The notes: a model not told the origin generated them from the sequence alone. 60,325 bases of DNA, filler included, from Sphacelaria rigidula (GCA_964200075.2; 4 parts of 4 records of this genome joined end to end with filler, not necessarily neighbours in it); one strand, 5' to 3'. Shown: positions 45,635 to 60,005, numbered from the whole stretch's first letter. A program made the numbers and translations.

Positions 45635-48600
45635 GAGCGATGTTGACGTGTTGGTGAATCAGATGGTGTTCGAGGAGCCTCTCATATCTGAGAACCGGAA
45701 ACCCCAGCTTCGCCGCTTGGTGTACAAACTGATCGAGAAACTCGAGACTAACGAGACAGAAGACTTTTATCTCTTCAAGGTGGGTCGGATGAACACTTGA
45801 ACTACCCCCGATCGTGTTTTTCAACACAAACTCGTGAGTCAGGGTCATTGGCGATTGCATTTTTGTTCGGTATATACCCAGGGAGCACATAATGAAATAT
45901 ACGCATCGCGAGTGACCGCACTTCGTCGTATGCACATCTTCTTGAGGACGTTGCCTTGTCGGTGGCATGTCTCGTATCTTTGAAAAGAGAAAAGTTTTCA
46001 TCATTGGCAGTTTTATCTTCCCGACTCTTCTCCCCTCACTGTGCAGATCCTTAGGGCACACATTCTTCCCCTGACTAATTGCGCCTTCAATAAATCAGGG
46101 GACAAGTTCATCACCGGCTCATACGATCGCACATGCAAGGTACGCGGGGAAAGAAGTTATAAACCGGAACAGTTGGGGTCATTCTTTCACAACACTCATT
46201 GTACGTAGATCCAGAAAGTAAACGCCGAGCGAGGGGACTTGTGACGTTGATACCCGGATGTGGTCCTCACAGGATGGCTGCAAACCTTGCTTCAAACTCG
46301 TTCCAATTCATATACGGTACGATAGCATCATAGACACATGACCCATTCTCTCGCTCGTTCCATTCACTATAATCAGGTTAACTGACTATATGCGTCCACA
46401 CATTTTGTTGTAGCGAATTCACATCTGGAGGGTTCGTTCGCTGTAGCAAGATTTTTTCTCCCATGTAAAACTTGTTTATTTTTTACGAAAGGGAAGTTCA
46501 CTTTGTCACGAAGGGAAAACTCGTGATCTAACCGAAGCGTGCATTGGTGCATTCTGTCGTTTGATTTGTTCGGTGCGTTCTGGGCCACCCGCTGTCCAAC
46601 AACGCCTTGACGTAGTGTCATCTTAGCTTCTCTGCAAAGTGCCTTGGAGGAATCCTTTCAACCCCACCGCTGCCCTCCCCTCGTACGGCCCCTTAGTAGG
46701 TGTGGAATACGACCACAGGGGAGGAGCTACTGACCCTCGATGGGCATCGCAACGTGGTGTACGCTATCGCATTCAACAATCCCTGGGGCAACAAGATCAT
46801 CACGGGATCTTTTGACAAGAGTTGCAAGCTCTGGAACGCAGAGGTAACAGCGCGATCGTTGAATGCCTGCGGGTGTTACACGTGGGGAGTGTATTGCTTC
46901 AAGCGTACCGTTGCGTACCCTGATGACTTTCGTCGTACTTGTAGCTCCCCCCCCCCCCCTCCCCGAGAAGAGTCCGTCATATGAAGGGATCATTACATAT
47001 TTCCCCCAGTGGCTGCCTTGTAAGTTACCATCGAGAGTTAAAGCAGCACTCCGGCAGTGCGTCGACTCTTATTTGTACCCTGAAACATGCCGAAGAAAAC
47101 ACCATACTGAAAGCCCCGAGTGCTCAATAGTTCATGGGTGAGGGACATTTGGGCAAGTATGGAGACGTGTGATATCATGCAGCCAACCGAACCTAGCAAT
47201 CATTTACATGTTGTAGTGAGACACCATGTTTAACTTCGTAACGATGTCCCTGCCGCAATGAATGTTCCACCCTACGTTCCACATTCAAAGTGCGGCCCAA
47301 AAGTGAAAACCGCAGACGTGCGCGTCGTCGGAATATCATGTTCCGGATCCGCCTATACACGTGCATGTTAGGCACAGTGCAGGCTCGCTGCCTCCTCGAC
47401 GGAATGTTGAGGTCATCAGGGCGGCGGATGCCGTAAGCTACCGTGCCCCTGCTACCGTAAAATTCTTCACCATTGGCCTCCCAATATGCGATTCCCAAAC
47501 GATGGAATTCTTGCACATGATACATGATTCGAATATTCAGATAGAGGTCATAGTCAGCAGTACTAATTAGGTTAATTACACGCCCTGTGAAACCAGGTAA
47601 GCAATAATTACAGGAAGGTTCAACAGTAATCGTTGTTATAAAAAAATGTGTACAGAACTTTGCCCCGACTCGTTTCTCTTGTCCCTCGGAATTTCTACCG
47701 CAGACCACCAACATAGCTCCGGAATATACCTGGAGGCTCGGACTGCTCCTCTCGACCCCATTTTTGCATGAACTTTCTCGTGCCTCCCGCTTTATCACTA
47801 AATATGACAACATACCAGCATTCCCTCAAGGTCTGACATTGTCACAAGTGCTCGTTACTTTTGCAAGCCATCTTGTGAAGCTGCTAGCTATGCACACGCA
47901 CGGCGGTTGTTGATTTCGCAGACTGGGGAGCTATTCCACACGTATCGAGGGCATTCTACGGAGATTGTTTGTCTGTCGTTTGATCCCCACGGGACCAAGA
48001 TAGCTACGGGATCTATGGACAACACAGCCAGGTAAAACATCTGCATCTTTTTTAGGCCCCGTTCATCATCTGTGGCGCATTTGTCACAACTTCCGAAAGG
48101 CAGGCCAAACCCACACCAAACCTGATCCTCACTTTCACCCAAGGGAAGGCAAACCCGACCCCTTGGGCAACGCGGGGTCCACCCTACCTGTATCAATAAG
48201 CAGTTGTGTTGTCTGAGCTGGTAGGCAGAACACTGGCGCGCTGCGGTATAAACGTGCCCCCTGCATCCAGGGAAACAAGCAACACCCAAACCAAGTAAAC
48301 ATAAGGGTGTCTGAAGTGATCAAGGACACTGCTGTCATAATTAGCACATATCACTTAGTGTACCGAGCATGATATAAAGATTTTGAACTGAGTATTGCTG
48401 CGGAAATGTGGCATGCGCACTTGTTAGATAATACTCCGCTGACGTGCTTGATCATCATGTTGGAGACTCATCGAACGAATAGTTGACATTCAGTATGTCG
48501 AAGCCTGGGCAGACATGGCCGTGATGTTAGGCGCTGATTAAAGGCCATCGTAACGCGGGCACGCTTCCTCAGCAGAAAAAATGCTGATTGATTTGATCGA

Positions 48601-51600
48601 TTGTCGCACCCTAACTGACTCCCCAGGGATTCACCCGTGGTCACATGATAGATGTACTCAAGACAAGACAAAACTGAAACACTCGCTGAAGAAAATGGAC
48701 AAACAGAAAAAGTGGAACAGAAGAACATAGTAGACTCAACCCTAACAAAAAGAAAAAAATAAATGAATAGAAAAGGAAAGTAAATCAGAGAAAAAATGGC
48801 CGGTCTCCCGGTCTCTGCCACATGGCTCCGGCGTATAAGTTCGCATAAACAAAAGGCCGAGGAAAGTGTACTACTCCCTTATTCAATAATTGAGCCTAGG
48901 CTTTGTTTCGTGTCCGCACACGTGTATTTCAGGGCAGACGCACGTACCACAATGTGTAGATACCCACTTCCCTCTCTGCGCACCCTCTCGCCGCGTACTT
49001 TTCAGAGTTTTTGACGTGGAGTCTGGGGATTGTGTGCATACTCTTCTGGGGCACACGGCCGAGATCGTGTCATTAAACTTCGACACTAACGGCCAAAGAA
49101 TCATGACGGGCTCTTTCGATCACACCGTCAAAGGTGAGCCGCACCAACTGACCAATAAATACTGTAGGTGCAGAAGATACAACACTGCACAGGGCCCTGT
49201 CTTCCCGTCGTGATGTGATAGCTTCTTCTAGTCGCGGAACATACTCACTTTAACACCCCTCTCCCCTCCTTCTGTCGGAAACCATTCTCAAAGTGTTTCC
49301 AATACCCACCGTGTTCCTCTCCAGTGTGGGATGTCAGAACGGGTCGGTGCACGCATACGCTGGCTGGGCACCACGGGGAAATCTCCAGCACACAGTTCAA
49401 CTACGCGTCAGATCTGTGCATCAGCGGCTCCATCGACCGGACATGCAAGGTACTTATTGAGAATCTCACCTTCGCACTGTACAGATGAAGGGTCTCGACG
49501 GTAGCCTCCGAACCCTCGCTCTGATGGCTATGTTTCGTGACTCTCATAGCCGTTTTTTTACACGTGAGTACCTGCACTCGTGTACTCATACGCATCCCTA
49601 CCCTTCAACATGCCACTCCCCACACCGCCGCACCCTCCGGCCGTGTGACAGGTGTGGGACGTCGCCAGCGGGCAATGTGTCCATACTCTGCGTGGGCACA
49701 ACGACGAGATATTGGACGTGAGCTTCAACGCTACGGGCTCGAAATTAGTGACGGCCAGTGCTGACGGAACTTCGCGGGTGTTCAACACCATCAACGGCGC
49801 ATGCCAAGCAATACTCATTGGACACGAGGGGGAGATATCAAAGGTGCCGTACAACTACTACACGTCTGGTCAGTACAGCTGCAACCGTGCAAGCCTGGCT
49901 TTGTGTATTTTCCGGAGCATCGATATATCGCGCTGCCATCCTGTTTGAAGGAATATAACCGGTACCATTCGAGTGCCGTCTGAAATCTCAGCACCGAAAT
50001 TGTGAGGTAATCGGCAAGCACTGTCGAAGCGATCTCACGGGGGATCTTGGCTCGCCTGGCATGCATGCCTTGGTAATCGTCAGTCTCTCGAGTCTTCCGC
50101 TGTCAGTATCCGCAACCACATCTCCAACCCCACACCAAACTTGAACCCTTTAATCTTGGCCTCTTGGGCACCGAGGGCAACTTCCGAAAAGGGTCAATGG
50201 TTGACCTTCAACGCCGAAAGCCGCTACGCCATTGGTGATTGACTCCTATGTTGCCGAGCACCACCCCGAATGACGACGTATCACACTTTCCGTGGTCCCC
50301 GAATCCTACCCACGTGCCGCATTTAATGGAAGCAGTGGATTTCCATATTTTTCAAGCGGTTCACCCAAGGCGCATCATCTGTCGCCCAAGGAATCAATCG
50401 CATTCCGAATCAAACCCCTAAACGCGTCCCTTGCCCGAAACCACGCCTTACTCCAACACGAATCCAACCTCGAACCCGATCGAACTCTCAAGTCTCAACC
50501 CCAAACGCAACACGCAGTATCTGAATATTGACTCCCTGTAGCAGCTGTATGCTCTACTTTCAACTCATGCGTATCCTGAAGAGGAATCCAATCCCCATTC
50601 CGAACGTCTCGTAGAGCTGTAAATGGAACCTCTATTTCTACGATCGAAGTCCGTAACCTCTGCACACATGCTCCCTCTTCCGACGTACGTGCTCCAACTT
50701 TCAATGATGGGCTGTCCTGGTCATAGCACGAGTTATAGCGCTATCTAACCCTAGCCAGGGGTAGCCGAAAATTAAAGAGAAGAGACCGGGGCCCCTGTAG
50801 ATGGCATTTTGTATGTCTTTTTTTGGGGGGGGGCGAAGGGGGTGGGGTGAAGGGTTCGGGGTCGATCCAGGTGGTATGCAGCGAAATCCGGAACTGTGTA
50901 GAGTTATCCTCCAACGTGTGGGACCCCATACGTGGTGATAGTACGACGTCTAAAGCTTCTAGACTTTTGTACGGTTTGAAAACCTACTTATGATGCTCAA
51001 AGTGAAGTAAAACTATGTAGTTTGTGAGTGATGGCGATCAATCAACAATCCACAACAAAGCAACCGGCCAGAAACTGTTTGGCTCCATTTCGATATAAAT
51101 AGCTACTACTTCGTTTCCGTGTGATATTGGGTATTGTCTCATCTCAACACTTGGACGCCGCAATCTACTCGGCTTTTCTAGTTCTATGCGTGGCGTTGCC
51201 GTAGTATCTGCTTGAGCTACTTGTGGCTTGATGGCTAGTTCACTCCAACGTAGTAGGCTCAATAGCTACTTAATAATAGAAACATAGTCTTTCAACTGTT
51301 GGGCCGCTAAGACTTGATATATCCACCCTTTTCAACGTTTGGACTCGTATAACATGGAATTCCCCCCCCCCGCCGGAGACGCGAGCAACAAATGAGTGCG
51401 TCTCCCCCATCGCAGACGAGGAGGTGCAGAGGTGTATGAAATTCTAGTCTACCGGTACCCTGACACTCATTCAAGGGGCCGACGAAAACTGATTCGTCTG
51501 AAAATCGCTTACTTTTATTGTAACTGTTCGTACTGTACGAATCAATCCTTGGGCTTTTTGTTTCCAGCGTTGCACGCCAGGTACGTGCACTCCTGGCACG

Positions 51601-52568
51601 TTTAAGAGCGCAATATTTGTGTCGAGAGTGTATTGGACCCGCGGTCAACTTTTTTCCCCTCCTATTTACGATAAACCAGACCTCAGACATCGAACGTTCG
51701 GCGGATCGAACCAGCAATAATTTGTCCGGCCCTTGCACGTATTCCAGTCATCTGGTACTCCCGCCTTGTCGCTGACATCACCGTCATCTCTAGCCTTAGC
51801 CCGACCCCTATCCATAACCCGACATATCGTTTTCTTCGACATCTCTCCTCCTTCGACAGACGTGCTTCAATCCGCAGGGAACGCGAATCCTAACGGCTAG
51901 CAGCGACAAGACGGCTAGACTGTGGGACACGGACAGCGGGGACTGTCTCCAGATCTTAGAGGGGCACACTGATGAGATATTCTCTTGCGCCTTCAACTAC
52001 GAGGGCGACACCATCATCACCGGTACGTACCTCGCGTGATTCTCATATTGTTATTTCTTTCTCGACCGCGAGGTGGGTAGTGATCGGAATGTAGTCATAC
52101 CCCAATGCGTGCGAATGCCTTGAACGTCCGTCGGTAGAATAGGGCGGTTTGAACTGGAAAACATTTTGATGGCATCGTTCCGGCTGCGTGTCCCCAAGCT
52201 GAGGGAAGTTGAACGAGTGATGCGTACCCATTACTGTAAATGCTTCGAAAACGTCGAGTGGTCTCATGCTGACGGGCACACGCAAGGGAGAGAAGAGGAC
52301 CTTACGAGAAGAGCGGATGGGGTAGTGCTAGTCTTTCGCGCGGTTAGGCTGCATGCGCGGCGTATCGATAACGCCGGGAAATAAAATCGACATACCATGA
52401 AGCCGATTCTCGATTCCGAGGGTCGTAACAGCAGGACCCCCTTCTACACAAAAATGAGCAAACGAGAGGTTATTCTCTTGCCGCCCAGTCACGGAATCAC
52501 TACCGCTCTCACGCCTCATGTCTCACCCAGGTTCGAAAGACAACACATGTCGACTGTGGCGCTGCTGA
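45635..52568 (+). CDS. DAW1: Dynein assembly factor with WD repeats (ODA16/WDR69), 5'-partial, 9 exons
   Basis: Phase-consistent GT-AG exons at 45635-45779, 46047-46139, 46700-46843, 47922-48031, 49006-49133, 49325-49449, 49652-49843, 51860-52022 and 52531-52568. They translate to ...[76 protein letters not shown]...[33 protein letters not shown], the recognisable DAW1 WD40 series. The first exon(s) were not found, probably beyond the contig start. Confidence 0.95.
48585..48800 (-). mobile_element. Same (TCAA)n-tailed retroelement end
   Basis: GATTGATTTGATCGATTG..TAACTGACTCCCCAGGGATTCACCCGTGGTCACATGATAGATG..AAACACTCGCTGAAGAAAA. Confidence 0.6.
51472..51735 (+). mobile_element. hAT-type MITE in a DAW1 intron
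   Basis: Termini CAAGGGGCCGACGAA and TTTGTCCGGCCCTTG; flanks CACTCATT and CACGTATT (6/8 match); colinear with 16802-17063. Confidence 0.8.
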
Positions 52569-52839
52569 GCATGAACCGATTGCCTCACCCGAAGCCAACC
52601 AATAGCCGGACAGCGACGAGAGTTCTGGGGTCCTCTTGTCCCACTGTTGGTGGGAAAATGCCAGACGCGTGTGTCTGCCTTGGTCATCTCGTTGTTCCGT
52701 CTCGGGGGGCAATGTTTCCTCTCCCTACCGTAGTATGCAACGCAGCATGACGTCCCGGATACGTAGCTTGCTGGGGAAGAGGAGCACGTATTGTAGTGTG
52801 TTTTGTTGGGGTGTTGTTACCGTTTGGAGGCCGTTGCTG

Positions 52840-53100
52840 TGAAGGTACCCGCCCGTCAAGCTGGCCGGCGCTCCAGTTGACCTGTCCATCTTGGCATGCT
52901 TCATGAGTCTCGTTGTGGCCAGATGGCACGCGAAAGAGCGGACTGCCCGTAAGGTGTGGCAACACGACAGACCCGCCCGTTCATAAGTTTTATCAGGGTA
53001 TCGACGAGGTCAGCGAGGGGGACCCGAAGGGTAGGTTGGAGAGGAGCAAGGTCCCGTTGTAAGGTATGGTGCACCATATACGTGAAGTACTGGAGAAATG
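52840..53100 (-). mobile_element. LINE-like reverse transcriptase fragment
   Basis: The translation ADLVDTLIKLMNGRVCRVATPYGQS resembles the non-LTR RT segment preceding the GxxQG motif. Confidence 0.35.
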
Positions 53101-54329
53101 GAAAGCAACACAACTTGGTCACCGTCTGATACTGAATTAAGAGAAGGACCAGGACTGATTGCAAGTACTGTCTATATAAACTTTATTAAGAGTAGGCGCA
53201 TGGTGGCTTACCACGTGACCGATGCATCAAGCGCTCCTGTCCCTGTCTTCACTGTTGGCATTCCTCGGTTAATCTGGATACGGAAGGTAATATCCACCGT
53301 GCAGATCATAGTGATCAATGTTTTTCAGAACAGGCACCTTCGCCTTGTTTTCCGCAACTTTGACTGAAAATGGGGACAATTTAGCCAACAACTAACATTA
53401 CAGCATCGGACACCTATACCTGTGGGAAAATACGTCGTTTCCTTATAACTTCTGGGTTCGATAACACGCGAAGGAGTCGCCATAGTCACTTGCTTCTTGA
53501 CGATGAGAGGATCGTACATCAAATATGGCGACTACAATACAGACCTCTCGGCTGCAGCGGCATGTTTTGTGTCTTGGACCATTGGAGGAACAATAACCGT
53601 GACCCCCCAGGTCGATAGTTGCGGTTCGTTTGCCGTTGTTGACGCGTATTTTTGGGTTCATTGTTTTCATGCCTTCGTAAACAAACGCGCGGAATAAGGT
53701 GGAATCAGTAGCACAGTAGTAGTTTTGCCATTATACTTTGAACCCCTTCCGTTTCTCAGAACGAGCCCGCAGTCCCGGAGGATCGGCCCATTTTTTCCCC
53801 AGTAAATGCCTGACGTCTTGGAATCGCGGACGGGATCCGCATTCCCGAATCGCGTCGACTCCCGTCAAATTTTGCTGTCTATTCACGTTTTAATGTTTTC
53901 AACTACGGACACCAGGTTCTGCAGACAAGTCCCGGATCTGTCTGCGTTTAAAACAACAACCTTCCGCTCTGATTAGCTATTGGTCAATCGACTCAACCAC
54001 CGGAGTGCGGCGGTTGATTTTCGCGTGTGTTTTATCATGAGAAATGCCCAAATCGGCGCCACAGGTGCCCATTTGCAATAGAACGCATGGTTAGCACGCG
54101 GTGAAGCCCCTGCGACTGTCAGCCCTTTCAAAACCCGACTGTGATGGCCCCGTGCAGTTTGGCAGAGTAGGGCCTGCTTCTCCGTGGGCACTGCGCTTTC
54201 CACGAGAGTGCAGTGACAATGCCTGCCGGGAGACGTCGTCATTTCAGCGGCGGTCGCATGTTCATTGAAGTATAAATGCCTAGTCTCGACATATCGCGCC
54301 CCTGCTCGTTAGTCGCCCGTCCTGTTGCT

Positions 54330-54640
54330 TCTCTCTTTTGTGTCACATTTTCAACCCTCCAGTCCCTCGAGAGGAAACCGTGCTCTCAGAGTTATCAACG
54401 AATATCTCCCTCGCTACAGTCCATACACTTTGGCATTGTGGATTGGATCAGCATTCCCGCGCCGCGTCGGCTTTCGTCAGCTTCAGCCCTTCATGCTACC
54501 CACGACCTCCAGTTTTCGACGACAGAAATCAGATACTTCGCGGAGAAAGTCCCAATACATCTGCCGGGATTCGGACCGTCAATCGTTCGTCCTCACTGGT
54601 TTCAATTGTACTGTTTGAACCTAGACCACAGGTGCGCGGC
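54330..54640 (-). mobile_element. Diverged copy of the tRNA-headed SINE
   Basis: Shares GGATTGG.TCAGCATTCCCGC.CCGCGTC and AATCAGATACT with 42520-42836; degenerate B-box GGTCCGAATCCC. Confidence 0.65.
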
Positions 54641-57124
54641 GACGTACACCCTAGTATCTGAATGGTGGTGTAGATGGTGCCTTTGAGTGTCGTAGAGTCA
54701 TGGATTCGAAAGTGGTCCGTTAGAAGATGGGGGGTTTGGCGATTGTAGGGCACCTCCCTCATCTATAATAGTAGTCTCAGCTTGAAAGTATTAGAAATGA
54801 GACACGTGCGCCCTGGTCTTTGCACATCTAGCGCATCATCTGTCGAGATAACCAATAAGCTTCCTCGTTGCACATTTATAAACAACCTTGGTAGTCACCA
54901 GTTATCATCAATCGACCGTCAGTGTCGAACGATTTCACCGTGAAGCTTTTAGGATATTCACTTCAGAACCACGCATTAGATTCAAGTCATGAACGCTCAC
55001 ATTCCATTTCCTCAGAATGCCCACTTCGTTGTCAATGATTCACATCTAGCGCCCTTCATATCATTCCAGAGTGGTGTCAGCACATCACCTGCATTGGTCT
55101 TGAACAATCAGTAACTATAAACGGAAAAAGCTGCTTTTGCAAACTTTAGCCGAAGTAGTAGCCTCAGGTTACATATCTTATCACAAAGCAGTATGGTGTC
55201 AATACTACCCATGGTTCCAACAAACTGCGCCTTTGGGGCGAAAAACGCGTGGTTAAATTTGTAGCCAACGCCGACCACAAATGCTGCAACTATTGCCATT
55301 TGGTGGGCAGTCTCGTCGGCATCAGCAACGAATGTGGGAAATACAATCAACACATCATCGCCACTGCTAGAGGTGACAACGAAGCCTTCGGCAGTAGTTT
55401 TCCTGCACCATTGGCGAGACCTTCGACACTTTCTGCGACATTTTGTCCCCAATTCCTCCATAAGTGTCGGCGACACGCGACGGATGTGTCCCTCGTGGCG
55501 ATACATCGTCGACAACAAAACGGCTCGCAACCTCGCGGCCGATGATCAGCGCAAACTCGCAGTGTGTCCGCCATAACTTTCCTCCGCGGCCGACGGGGTG
55601 GACGTGTCATGCATATTTTCGCAACCGTCAACGATGCCTCCACCAGCCCCGCCCGCCAATGTTTTGGTAGTACCTGCGACAGTTAATAATTAGTTGCCTA
55701 ATAGTGCAGAAGTGCTGGCCACACAGAGGTTGACAACACGTGCGCCTGCGTTGCAGTGGTCAACCTCATGCGCAGACGGTGGCGTCGCTCATACTTCAAC
55801 AGTTGTCGTAGACACCTCCGCCACTTCAGATCTCTCTCTTTCCCCCCCCCGTCCCCTCCCGCGCGTGCGAATCCATCCGTTTAAGGCCCACATGCCACTA
55901 ATAAGCGCTTACGGCGGGACTCGAAGTTCATTCCTTTATGTTCCTCAATCAGGTGTGACATCTGAATCATTAATCGCTCACTCGTCCAGAGTTCAAATAT
56001 CTGCTTGAGTAACTCAAGCGCACAGCGGTCGATATTGCGGCTGCCAAATGAATTGTGGCACACATCACGCGGGCAGTCAAAGCCGCCAAACCTTTGTAGA
56101 ATGTGATCCAGTTTGTGACACTGTTTACATTAAGAACAATTTGATGGGAGAACGTCCCGGCCCAGACTTTTCCAGTGTGCTTCTGCGGACGGGGGCTCAT
56201 AGTACGAAATAGTTTCGTTGAGTTTTGTTTTAGCGTTTTTCTCATCATCAGCAATCGTGTCGGGAGGTGTCAGGAACAGTGCCGACGCTGTTGGCGACAG
56301 TGTAAGAACTGTTGCGATATCGAAGCTGTCGGCGACACTTCCGTAGTGCCGGCCACACTTCCCGCACTATCGCCGACATTTCCAACGCTGTAGGTAGTGC
56401 TCCCACTATTGAATTTGTCGAAACGGTCGAAATCGGCGAAACCATCGGAACTGTCGGAGACCCTGTCGAAGCTGTCACCGATAGCACCGGCAGCGTTGTC
56501 GACGATTCCGGCAGCTCCGATAGTGCCGGGTTGGGGTTGGCGTTAGGGTAACGAAGTTTCGACGATAGTGTCGTGAGTGTCGGCTAGCGGCGCGTCTGGA
56601 CTGGCGATGAAAGCTGTGCCGCTACCGCCACCAAATGATGTCGGGGAATGGAACACCTGAATAAAACGACCTTAAACTCTTCTAGTAAGTGGACGACACC
56701 GGGATGAACGGCGGCGAAACCGTACTGGATTACGGCGTTTGCGTAGACAGAAGAAGCCACTAGGCAGGGTACATTGTCATAACAACTAGGGAGCTCCAAG
56801 TACGCTTACAAGATCTCCGACGGACACATGAAGTGGACTGCCCTCTGAGGACCAAGGGCGGCGTTCCCTAGGTGTTTCACTCCACTAGTCAGCGTTAAAG
56901 CTAAGTTCGATGGGTCTGTCGCATGACCCCGAGTACTCTCACCGCAGGGTTGCTATCCCTGTAACCAACGCTGTTCAGTTCAACCGGTAGACTTCGACCT
57001 GCACCCGGTGCTCGATGTCGAAGTCAAATACTCAGTGTTTTCCCGTTTTTCATTCGACCGCATCCTCGCGACATCGAAGAATGCTTATGCTCGCACAGGG
57101 ATTCAAACCCAAGAACTTAGCTTT

Positions 57125-57202
57125 TGTTAAGATACCGATTGACTGCTGGGCTAAACAGCCAGCGCTGGCTGTTTAGCCCAGCAGTCAATCGGTATCTTAA
57201 CA
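57125..57202. repeat. Perfect 78-bp palindrome with no loop
   Basis: TGTTAAGATACCGATTGACTGCTGGGCTAAACAGCCAGC is immediately followed by its exact reverse complement. Confidence 0.95.
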
Positions 57203-57561
57203 GTATGCAGAATTCGTAATTTCTTAGTTTCTCAAGGATTGTCCAAATTTGTTTTGCTTGCCACCACTCATCACAGTGATTGTTGGATGCCAAAAAACGG
57301 GTATCCGGAGATATCTTATACCTCTTGACAAATATTGAAAGATAAATTATCTGCGATCAATAATGAGTGACTTATGGGCTTGACAGATCTTCGGGGGCCC
57401 TGCGAAAATACGACCCCAGGCTCTAGCTTTTCGGTATTTTCGGTGGACCGACTCGATCCGGATCATATAAATGGAGACTCAAGAAGGATCGTTTTTTTTA
57501 ATTTCACCTAGTCACTGCGCTAAAGCAGGAAAACTATGTTTCCTGGACCATTTACGGTCAA

Positions 57562-58010
57562 GACACCCTCCTGATAAATGGGGTCTTTACCCAGTATCGC
57601 CCCGGCGACACCAACTTGGGCGATTGCAATTTGAGCACGGTTTGCTTCTTTTGCCAAGAATATCGACGCTAGCACTTTCGAGTGCTCATGGAAAATGTTA
57701 TGCGAAACCCCCCCGAAAATAGAACATCCGCAGAAAATGCTAGATTGAGGTATGTGCAGTATAGGAGGGAAACACGATCTCGATCGTTATTGTGAAGAAA
57801 TTCATACGTATTCATTTATCTGGATATTTACCGTTTCGTCGCTGAAGAGCGGGAAAACTGCTTATATTGGACCAAAAACGTTCAATAACACCCTCCCGAT
57901 AAACGGGGTATCAAGTCCGTATCGCCCCAGAAACACCAACTTGAGCACTGCAGTTTGAGCGCGGCCTACACTTTCTCCCTACATCTACCGGCGCTAGCAC
58001 TTTTGAGTAG
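57562..58010. repeat. Diverged ~120-bp direct repeat pair
   Basis: ACACCCTCC.GATAAA.GGGGT...GTATCGCCCC...ACACCAACTTG.GC...GCA.TTTGAGC...CGCTAGCACTTT.GAGT at ~57562-57685 and ~57888-58008. Confidence 0.7.
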
Positions 58011-60005
58011 TAGGGAAGAGTAGTACTCCAGAAAAACTAAAAAGATAGAACAAGTACGAATTCTGAAAACTTCTGATGCTGACTACTGTAGTCCGTACAT
58101 AGTCGATGGAAATTCTGGCGGCGTACGGGTCGAGCGACTAAGAGCTGATAAGGGAGGTCGGTTCATCGGCAACGAGTGTAAGGACCACTGCAGCTAGACA
58201 GGAGTACTACCAGCATCAACGGTGCCAGAAAATCGGCGTGTCTGACCGTGTCGGAAGGATGTCCGCAGCCGCGGTTCGGTGCGTGCTTGTCGATAGCGGA
58301 TTCTCAAACTATCTCTATAAATGGGTGAACTGACGTTTGCGATGTTGAGATATTCCGTCTACTAGTGTTGCGCAGACCGCAGGTTATAGGCGATGCATCA
58401 ATATTGGCGCGATGCACGAGGTATGGATTCGGGGAAAAGCCCAGCCACAAGCCTCTGGGATGCAAAAGAGCGTAACGGTCACACGTGAAAGAAGGAAGTA
58501 AGTAAGTAAGTAAATTGATATGCTTGTCTACTGTACCCACCAACCATCTAAACATGTACTGTCTGCACGTCTACTGAACCAAATAACCATGCAACATATG
58601 TTGTCTAGGATCTGTTCTACGAAACATTCCAAAGGCCCATCCGTTCAAAGAATCGAAACAAAAGTAGTAACTTACTCCTATTCTGTTTCAGCGTTTGAAC
58701 CCATTCACTCGATAACCAATACACGGTAGCGTATCTGGGAACAAAGCGTTGCATCCGCGCTTGAAATGCCATTTCCATACAAGACGCTGGCGGGGGAGGC
58801 GCCAGATCTATACGACATCTTCGCGCTATCAGAGCGGAGATTTCCAAAGACATCGAACCGCGCACCGCACTCCATGCGGCTGAAGAGCGATTGGCGGGAC
58901 AAAGCTACAATAGCTGGAGCTGCTGCGTCTAGAACCCAATTACCCAACAACACTTTTGAGAATATAGACACGTTGGTATACATTCATGTTTTGTATTCGG
59001 TTATGTGTCAAAATCCGGCACGTATTGTGTCGGTTCGATGACATCCAGAATCGTGAGCGGTTACAGTATCTTTGAAAACGAAACATGCGGTGAAGCGTGC
59101 CGCTACGCGCACGCTCATTCCATTAGGCGTAGGAACGGTGGTTCGTCTTGAAAGGGATGCGTGGTCAATAGCCAAATTACTAAGGCAAGCAGCCAATGAC
59201 TACGCCGCCGCCCCTTAGAGCACCCCCCCCCCCCCCTGAAAGTACGTCGTTTTTTTCTAGATTCAAACGGGTTGTGCTCAGGCATTTGTTGTGAAAATGT
59301 TTGACAAAACGTTCTCGGAAATTACGATTTGAACCTCGCCAACGTCAAAGCTAACCCCAAACTAAGGGATGCCAGAACCGTTGGACAAGGAGGTTGCGCG
59401 AAAAAATTATATCCTCCACCCCCAGGTGATTAGAAATGAGGATGGGGATGTGCTCGTTTTTTTTTTTACCGGAATCCTTTCAACGATTTTTCCTGTTATC
59501 CGTAGCATTACTCGTATCTGGCTGGGATTCGATTCCTGGGACTTGTCCCTTCAGTTGTTGATGGTGTTCATGATACGTGAAACTTATACATCTGCATGTT
59601 GTACCATGTATGCGCAGTCTTTGTGTGTGTTTTCACGAAACTGTCCATGTACACTCAGTCGGGACGGTGTAGTATCTCACAGAGACGGAGCAGGCAACAG
59701 TGAGTGCTGTTTACATTTTTTCCCTGAGCACATTACCGTCGAATAGGGGGTACGTGCGACGAGTGAAATTCATTCACGGTTCATGGATGAGTATACTATG
59801 GAGTACAGCACTATGAACATATCAACTCCTGGTGTACAGTGTACTCTGTAGTGCACGGTGTTGCACTGCCGTAGTATGATGGAAACTGCAGTACGACGAT
59901 ACATTTCTTTTGTCTGCACTTCGGTTTCTTGCGCTGTGCGTTGCTGTGCGTTGCTGTGTGATGTTGTCGTGCCGTGCCTGTGGTTGTAATGCGTGAGAGG
60001 ACCGC

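Noticed and set aside
21992..52568. NIPA-thiolase-DAW1 as a functional cluster or sex-determining region
   Set aside because: The genes lie on separate, artificially joined contigs, so linkage cannot be inferred.
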